Shown here: positions 52,401-61,400 of the stretch, piece after piece | How positions within the stretch are numbered: the stretch's first letter is position 1 | Layout of the letters: each line of letters opens with the position of its first letter | DNA from: Rhina ancylostomus | Taxonomy: Eukaryota | Direction of reading: 5' to 3' | NCBI GenBank assembly: GCA_030265395.1 | Contig: JARFYF010000036.1 | Span: 21,065,555 to 21,129,554, forward strand | DNA: 64,000 nt | The notes under the pieces: generated by a model | Seen by the model: only the letters and a program-made list of their open reading frames with translations | Told to the model about the DNA's origin: nothing | Databases searched by the model: none | Made by a program: the position numbers and the translations under genes

Positions 52401-55400
52401 CTACTTCTCAGGTTGTGTAGTGGGAACTTCCGGATGTGCCAGAATGACTTTTGGTTTCCTGCTTTATCTGCCCAAGCGCATCATCTACAAATCATTACTT
52501 TCTCAGTACTACAATGAAACATTTGTTAGCTGAGATCACATATCTAAAACAATCTCTGAATAATGTGTAGGTCTAACTATTTAATAAGATCTTACATTGA
52601 TCCTGGCTCCACATTTGGTCCCCGCATAAAAAATGGCACTCGAATGTCAAACTCGTATGGCATGGATTTTCCTTTCACAAGGCCAAACTGTCCAATGTGA
52701 TAGCCATGATCTGCTGTGTAAATGATGTAGGTGTTGTCCACTTCACCCAATTCAACAAGCATATTATAGAGCTGAAACATCAATTAAACTCATTTTTGGT
52801 GAAAGTAATAATGCATCATTTAACCTCCTCAACATTTCTAGGTACTGCTAACAAAGAATCAGGCCATTCATTTTTGATTACTGTTCAAATAAAACTATTT
52901 TTTTTTCAAAATGTTAATACATTTCAATTGTACTGCTTTGGCTTGCATTAATAATGTGGGCCTGGGAAGTAGCAATCTCTCTGTGTTGGTAACTTGCTCA
53001 AATTACTCACCATAGTAGTAATGAGAAGCCCCTTTGTATTTACATATCTCATGCTCTGGTAAGCAGTGTCCCGGGTATCCATACCACTATCTGTTCCTGT
53101 ACATTTGCAGATCTCTCTCTCTCTCTTACTTCCTAACCCTGGTATAATGCCAGTTTCTGTGCTGGCACGAGAATGAAGCTAAGGCAATCATAATCAGATT
53201 GAGGGTGGTTTGCATCACCAGCATAAGCACTGCATGAGTAAGTTCTCTACTGTGGTTATGTGGGAGATTTGCTTTTTATTAGGGCTCTAACTTATCTGCT
53301 CTGGAATGATTCTCTGCAGATGACTTAGAATAGTCCAGAATAATTCACCCTCTGGCTTCCTTTCTCTATTTGCATTTCCCCAGTGACATGAATCTGACTG
53401 TAAAATCAGTGGTTTAAGGTTAAAATTACATTGCACTGCTATGCAACAGTACATTAGTAGATCCTGCAGTTTGAGAATTTTGTCTGGATTATAATCACAG
53501 AACTGAATAAAAATATTTTATTATAAAATCTTCATTTTCTTGCTAAGGGTTATATTGAAGTGAAAAACAATATGTGTCATGGAGAAAGCTGCCACATATT
53601 TCTGGCAGATCTGAATAAAATCTCAAGTAAAATGATTAATTTATTTAAATCTGATTGATCTGTTACACACATGGTCAGAGTCAGATTTTCACCTGAACAA
53701 CTCAGCTGTCATATTCATTAAATTGCAACATATCTCAGTCTGAGTCAGGGAACCCAATCAAACATTAACAAAGAAGTTACAGTTTCATCAGATCTTAATC
53801 ATGAGCTATACGTTAATATGCTCGTACAAAGGATCCTCACTGCAACATCAATTAGCTTTTAAGTGATTTCAAGATGTGCCTATTTACAACAATTAGATCC
53901 AAATGTTTTATAAGAGACAGGATGGTCTTGAAATAATTTGATGCCTGGAAAGGCAGTGAGTTGTAGGAGTATTTCTTTTATGGTGACCTACTGTAAAATT
54001 ATACGGCACACAAGGCCCAAGGTTTTGTGTGATAAAGATCAGGTCTTGCATGAAAGCCATTTCCTCCATATGCTCCAGAGGAAATGTTGCAAGCCTGGTT
54101 CATAGTTCATGTGGAGAAAGGTCCAGGAGGAAGAAGGTGAGGATGGTGATTGAGTTTGAGTCGGTAGGAGTTACTACCAGAATGGGAAACGTGAGATGGG
54201 TGAATTGTGAGGAGCCATTGTGAGGGGGTAAACTGTTAATGTGCATTTACCTGAAGCAAATTCCTGGACTGAACTCCACAACCTGGACCTACACAGACAA
54301 GTCCTGTTTAGTTCCCCTGATGTAGCCCCTACATGTGCTTCCATTTTCTTTTCTTTTTTAATATTTTTATTAATTTCAAGTAAGAAGTACAAAATGCATG
54401 AAACAGAGGAAAAAAAATTACAAAATAGATTATATTGAANNNNNNNNNNNNNNNNNNNNNNNNNNNNNNNNNNNNNNNNNNNNNNNNNNNNNNNNNNNNN
54501 NNNNNNNNNNNNNNNNNNNNNNNNNNNNNNNNNNNNNNNTTTGAAAGTTCAAAATAGATCCAGAAATAGAGCAATGGATCTTCTCTAAATTTAGATATGA
54601 TGTAACATCCCGTAACCATTGAGTATGAGTGGGAGGAATAGTTTCCATCCATTTAAGCAATACAGCTCTTCTGGCTATATGAGAAATGAAGGCCAATATG
54701 TGTAAGTCAGAAGTCTCCAAAATTATATCTTTTTCTCCAACAATCTCAAATAATATATTTAAAGGATTTGGCTGTGCTTCTATTTTAATAGCCCGCTGAG
54801 TGTATAGGCCATACATGAGTGCATGGAAATAATGAAAGCACCCTCCAAATGTGAATTACATGTTGCTGGGTTTCACTGCATTTGTTAGAGTGGTGCATTA
54901 GTACATAAGAGCCACAGAGAACCTGGATCCCAATCCACAGAGTAAATCCACGATATACATTAACAAAATGTTTTTCATAGAAATGTGATCACCAAGTGAA
55001 CATAAATGTTGTGCTATGCAATGGAATTTCTATGCCAGCAAGTTTTAAGCATTTCCATCAGAGAAACCAAATAATTTGCTGTGTATTATTTAGAATAGTG
55101 CTTGTAGTCATAGGAAATTAAGTTCACCACAATCCCTTGGGAGATCTATGAATAACAATTCAAAATGCACTTAAGGTAATAATTTACTATTAAAAATATA
55201 TTTTTAGCTTTAAAATCAGCCAAAGGTTTTTACTGCAACTTGTGTTATCTTAATTCTATGTATTATTTCATGCTATGTTTTATTTTCAGGCAAGAAGATT
55301 GCTTTTCCCTCCTATATCTTGAGATTCCCCTTTTCCTATCTTCAGTCCTGAAGAAGGGTCCCAACCCGAAATGTTGACTGTCTGCTTTTCTCCACAGATG

Positions 55401-58400
55401 CTGAGTTCCTCCAGCATCAAAGTATTTTTCATCTACATTTCAGCATCAACAGTCCTTTGTTTCTCAAGAAGATTCTGAATATGCTTGTTGAAGTATTATT
55501 TCACAGCTGCCTTTGCTGTCTATACAATTTGTAAATAAAAGCCAAAGGTTAAGCATAATGGCAGGGCAGTTGGGTGTGCTCAGCAAGCGATGTGTATAAA
55601 AGCTCTTGATTATCACAATGACCTGGAATCATATCGAGTGGCTCACTGCCTGTACTTGCCATTCACCTATCCACCAAGCCTGTTCTCACCTTGAGTTGGT
55701 CCTCACAATAGTGGGCTCTTTTTCTGAAATGGCCAGGACCTGCACAGTGCAGGATTTTCTGATTTTGCATGATATATTACTTCAATTGATTTTTTTTTAA
55801 ATACCTGTGTGGTCAAAAATTTCCATTTTGTTTTGTATTATTGCATTTCTAATGGTACTTGAAACTCACCTTTTCAATTGATTCATCCACGGACATCAAA
55901 GTCTGCAGTCTCTTCCTCTGTAACATGTTTGTGAACTCCATGTGAATGGGTTTCATTGGGCCAGTGTACCTCATGATCCAATGCTTGTCTGGATTGGGAG
56001 CATAATTATAGCTGGGGGTGCTGCAGGTGTGATTATAAAAGTATATTAATCATATAGGTTTTCACAGATTAGATATATAGATAGATCTCTTTGCATTGAT
56101 CCCTGCACATTCACTTTCAATATCAGGGTAATTCCATATATAGATTTGTTTCTCCATTGTCTCTGTGCACAAAACGATTGGAATTTGCTCCCCATCACAA
56201 TCCTTTATTCCAGCAGGTACTACTACATGGGTGAGAAGTTGTAAGCTGATAGCTTTGTATGAGGGTCCTCAGCACTGATATTCTATCTTGTTCCTGTGGA
56301 GAAGTGGAGGGTGGGAACGCAGGGTGAAGTCAGTCATTGGTTGTGGGGATATTGGTCAAGGAGTCAGTCAGGAAGTTGATGAGACAGGGAAAGGGTGAAG
56401 GTTGGGGGATGGTCAATGAGGATGGAGCAGGGGAGAGGATCGGGACTACATCTGGCAGCTCTCTGTTTATTCTGCCAATGCTTCCATGTCCTTCTGCATT
56501 ATCTTGCAATTTTTTACAGTTTGCCATGGCACCTAATTTAGTGTCATCAGAAAATTTGTGCTTATGCCTAAATCATTTATATAAATAGAAAATAACAGAT
56601 GTCCCAGCTCAGAACCTTATGTGGCATCGCAATTCGCATGCTGCCAACTCAAAAACATTAACTTGCTCCTGCCTTGTTTTCTCACAATCATCCTATCCCA
56701 CTCTTTATATTTGCTTCAATAGCATGTGCCTTAATCTATCAATGCCTTTTGTGAGACTTCTATAAATTCAGATTTTCACTGGCAACTGAATCATCTTTGC
56801 TTTTTGCCTGCAGCTGCCAATCCATGCAGTGTGTCACTGTTTAACTTGTACATTTCGAAGTGTTCATAAATTTTATCCTACATATTTAGAGTAGAGGTGG
56901 AGCATCAACCAATGATGATACTAGAGCATGAGCTGGATTTGGGATTCCAGGAGTTGAGAGGTATCTCCCTACAGGTGGGAGCACTATGCTCCAGGAGCAT
57001 CAACGGATATGCTCCTCGGCCAGGATGCATCTGCAAGATTTGCAACACATCCACTATTTAAATTATTCCCCAGTTCCTCTGGCATCATCATTCTTCAGCC
57101 AATTAACATGGTGGCAGGGGGCACAGAGAATAGGGAGAGTGGAAACTATTGAAATGCTGTCAAAATAACTGCCCATCTGCTTCATTCACACCTTGAGGAC
57201 GGAACTAAAATCAGGTTACAAATTTATCAGTAATTTTGTCGTTTATCTGTTATTTTTGACTCTATCTCTTTGGATTACTTGCATTTGCATGCAGCCACTT
57301 TTCTCATAGATGTGGGGCGGATGTAAACTTGAATACAGATATGGAAAGATGGCAAGATAGAATTTGGAAATATTCAGGTATCTACTCAAATTTGATAAAG
57401 AATAATTAGATTTAGAAGGGTATTGTGGAATAGTAAGTTAAATACACAGAGATTAACGTGCAGAAAGTTAAATATAATGAGTGAGGTAATGAAATAACTC
57501 ATGACATTGATGAAGAGAAATAGATATTGATAGGGATATCTTCTAACATACCGATTGGGAGATAGACTCTGTAACTGTATCTGACTAGGGAGTGCTTCAT
57601 TCTGATGATTGATATTTGTGAGTATATGTATTTGTGTAACATTCAGTGATGGATAAAGAAATGACCATTCACAGTTTAGAATATAACGGGAGTACAAATC
57701 ATTAGACACATCTATCTGACAGCTTATTAAAAATTAACTCTTGTTTCTGAAACATAATAAAGCAACATCAATTCTTCTCTTTGGAATACTGAAGGATATT
57801 AAAAAAGCCATTCTCCAAAACAAAACCCTTATAAAGGTTACTAAAACTTTGAATAAATAGGAAAGTAAGAGAACGTACAAGAACATTCAAAGTGAGAAAA
57901 AAAGTTCACCTATCAATTCATTATCCAATGTCAATATTAGATTATTTCATCATTGAAACCCTTCCAAATTCATTGCTGATTTGAAAACAACCAACAACGC
58001 ATTTCCTGATGAAAATCAGCTATATTCAACTTCTGTTACTCTCAAACATTATACAGGTCCTCCACAGCTGACGAACGCCGGACTGATGTACAGCCCGTAC
58101 ATACGATCGAACATTTGGGAGACCAGTGGTATGGATTTGCCAGCTGCTGCAGTGCTATAGGCATCTTCTGTAACTTGGTTCGTGGCCATTCTTCTGACGT
58201 GCAAACTGTCCGGGTCATGAACAGTTCACAGGAATGGAATCCTGCTGTAACCTGGGGAAGACCTGTACTTAAACACATCGATAAAACTTCTCTTAAATGT
58301 ATCAACTCCTCGCTTTATTCCAAATGTTCACTATCCTGCAAGGGTAGAAGGAAGAATAATTTCTTATCTTTCTTTAGGTTATAAATTTTGCAGTGTTTTT

Positions 58401-61400
58401 TTATTCTGTAGTTCAATATTATTTTTGATTTAATTCCTTCAGATCAATTACATTTTCCTGCAGCCATTTTACTAATTTTGCTCTCTGCCATTGTTTTAAC
58501 TTGCCTGAATTTAGTTACAGGAAGTTTGATCATGTCAGTGGAGATGGGGTATGACTTAAATGATGGTTGTGTCCCATATCCAACAGATATATCCTGGCTA
58601 AAGAGCATTTCTTTGAAGTATTGGCCAAGTCAAAAAGTTTTCATGTTTGCATGCAAACCATTGTTCAAAATTTTATTTACAGTTTACATTATTTTGAACA
58701 ATGGTTTGCAGTATATCTGCCTATGTGAACAACATGCCTAAGATGTGTGTCTATGATGCTATTTAACAGAGCATGGCTTGTGGACCTGACTGTCTGAGTT
58801 TAATATCAGTAGTCATATGCGTCTTGTACTGGAGAGTGAATGCTATTCTAACTTGTATCAGCTTACTTCTACTGAATGTTTCAACAGAAGAAAATGGGCA
58901 AGTGAGAATGTAGAAATGAACAGAATTAATTCCAAATTGGCACTGACACAAACAAGGCACATCTCAATGGTAGATCTAACACTGGTACAGATTGAAACAG
59001 GTGGATGCCTGCCAGTATAAACTGCATCTTCCTACCACCTGTCACTTTCCTCATCTCCCCAGCAGGTAGTATGTAAAACAAATCTGTGTGCCTACATGAA
59101 CAACATCTATTGTGCTCACATGTGTAACAAATGTACTTTCATTCAAATGCATTGAGCATTGGTGAAGGAACCTATCCGTGCCATAAATCTGACTGCATTT
59201 ATCCATAGATGTCAGGTTTACATTATATCTGCAAAGTCTTCATTCAGTTACCAATATCTTATGGACACCAAAAAAAAAGCATCAGAATGATCACAAAATA
59301 TTATGCTGACTTATGACCTTTGATATCAGTAACTTTGGATAATCCACTTGATGTATGTCAGTAGATAAAGGTAATACCCTCCTCCTTTCATTGAATGTGT
59401 GTGTTTTTATGTGCTAAGTTACAGATTTAACAGAAGTATCTATCTGTGCAGACATTTCTAAGCTTATCAGACATACTGAGAACAAAGAGGCTCAAGCTCA
59501 AGACTGCATGTCACAAAATGTCTTATTCAAGATGCTGATAACAGGTGAAGGATTTTGTCAGCTGACAGCTGCCACGAAGTTGGCAAGTGAAGTATCTAAG
59601 ACCAGATGTAAAATGCTGTGTTACAGACAACTCCCCTTTCACTTGGTAACAGATTCGTTTACACTAACCTCATATTTAATGTCTACTATACTCATGAACT
59701 TCAGTATTAATCCACCATCACAACAGGCAGGAAAGGAACTTTAATGACTTAAATTTGTGAAATGTGGCCTCAACATTCCATGCAGGTACCCAGTGCCATT
59801 TCTCTAGAAGGGAATATTGTGGCTTTCAGCAGTTCCACTATGAAGAACTAGCCACTACATCAGCATAAGTCATTGTACAACTGAGAACCAACTTAAAATT
59901 AAATGTCACTGTTCAGGATTCCAAGTGATTGGGAAACATGATAATGAAATAGAAGTGAGAGTTGCTATCTTCACAAAGTAAGTACTTTTCCAGCTTTGTT
60001 TGAGGGCCAAGAGGGCAAGATCAGTCAGCCCAACCTCTCAAGGAAACCATGAGTCACCCCTTCCCCACCTCCACTGACAGGAGGCACACTCACCCAACAG
60101 GTGGTGTCTCATACACCACAAATGAGCAAGCACAGATTATCAAGATGCTTAGTCTGTGTAGGAGAGTTCAGGATCAGCTGGATGCAGATACTGCATCTTG
60201 ATGGTTGTTGAACAACAAGAGACTTAACTAGAGAAGCAGAGAGTGTGTGAGACACTGTGAACTCTTGCTAAGATCAGAGGTGCTGGTCTTTCTACCGGAG
60301 GATAATGTTTGATGACATGCGAAGTATTGCAGGCTGCATTCCAGTGAATGCCAGCAGGTCCTCACCAAAAGCTTGCAAACTATGAATGCCTAAACTCCTA
60401 GTCCTGACCATTTACCAACTTGTAATAAATTTGTTGAGCAGTTTATTTTTAGCAGGAAAATAAAGGAAGATCACAAGAGATATGATGGTGACTGGTTATG
60501 TAGATGTGGCGCCCTGATAAAACTGCTTCCCCTTCTCAACCATTATATATCCCTCAGTTGGAACCCCCCCGCCAACATGAGTCTACTCCTTCATGCATGC
60601 AGGTAAAACACTCAATGGAAAGGTATTCATAGGGTTCAAAACACAGAGGATGTGACTAAGAGGATCTTGCCCATCATAGCAGTGAGCCGAGGAGCCTGTG
60701 TGAATCCACAGGGATTGCTCTAAGTAAGGTTTCTAGGAAACGTTGTTGCATAAAAGTATGCACATGAGGGTTTTGTACAAGGTGTTAAGTTTTCATTGCT
60801 TATGTTCATGTAAAAATAGCTGTCTGGTATCAGTTTCTGGTTCAACAGTTCTACTTCTTCTCGTGGCAGGCGGGGACCATGCTCTGATGCTGAGCATGAT
60901 ATTGGACAAAGCATGTTTGGGGAATGGTTTTGTTTATGGAAGAGGTCAGATTGCCTTGAAGTTTCCATCTAAAAGTAATTTGGTGGCATTGCTGGGGATC
61001 TACTGAACCCAGCAGTTATCAGTGTAACCTCAGTTTTCTGTGCAAGAACATGTGCACCTCCTTCAACACCTGCATTTGCCACCTCCTCCTTCTCCTCCTG
61101 CTCCTTGTTCAAAGAACCCATGTCTTTCCGACAGGCATGTCCAACACTCACTATTATATAATCCTGTGTAGTGTTCAATAGACATCACCATNNNNNNNNN
61201 NCATTCTTAGAACCTGAGTAGAGGCATATCCTCCAGAGCAGTCAAAATCTAAAGCACGTTGGTAGCATTCCAGTGGCTCACTCTGTAGCATTCAAGTGAC
61301 AGATTTGGCTTCAGATGTAGTGCTTTGATGAGTGCTATCTCACTAGGGCAGGAACCAGGTTTTCATTTCCTTTATCAGCTGCTCTTCAGTCTGCTTCAAG

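Noticed and set aside
57600-57720. C/D-box snoRNA (TGATGA ... CTGA)
   Set aside because: No terminal stem or recognisable guide sequence; such boxes are frequent by chance.
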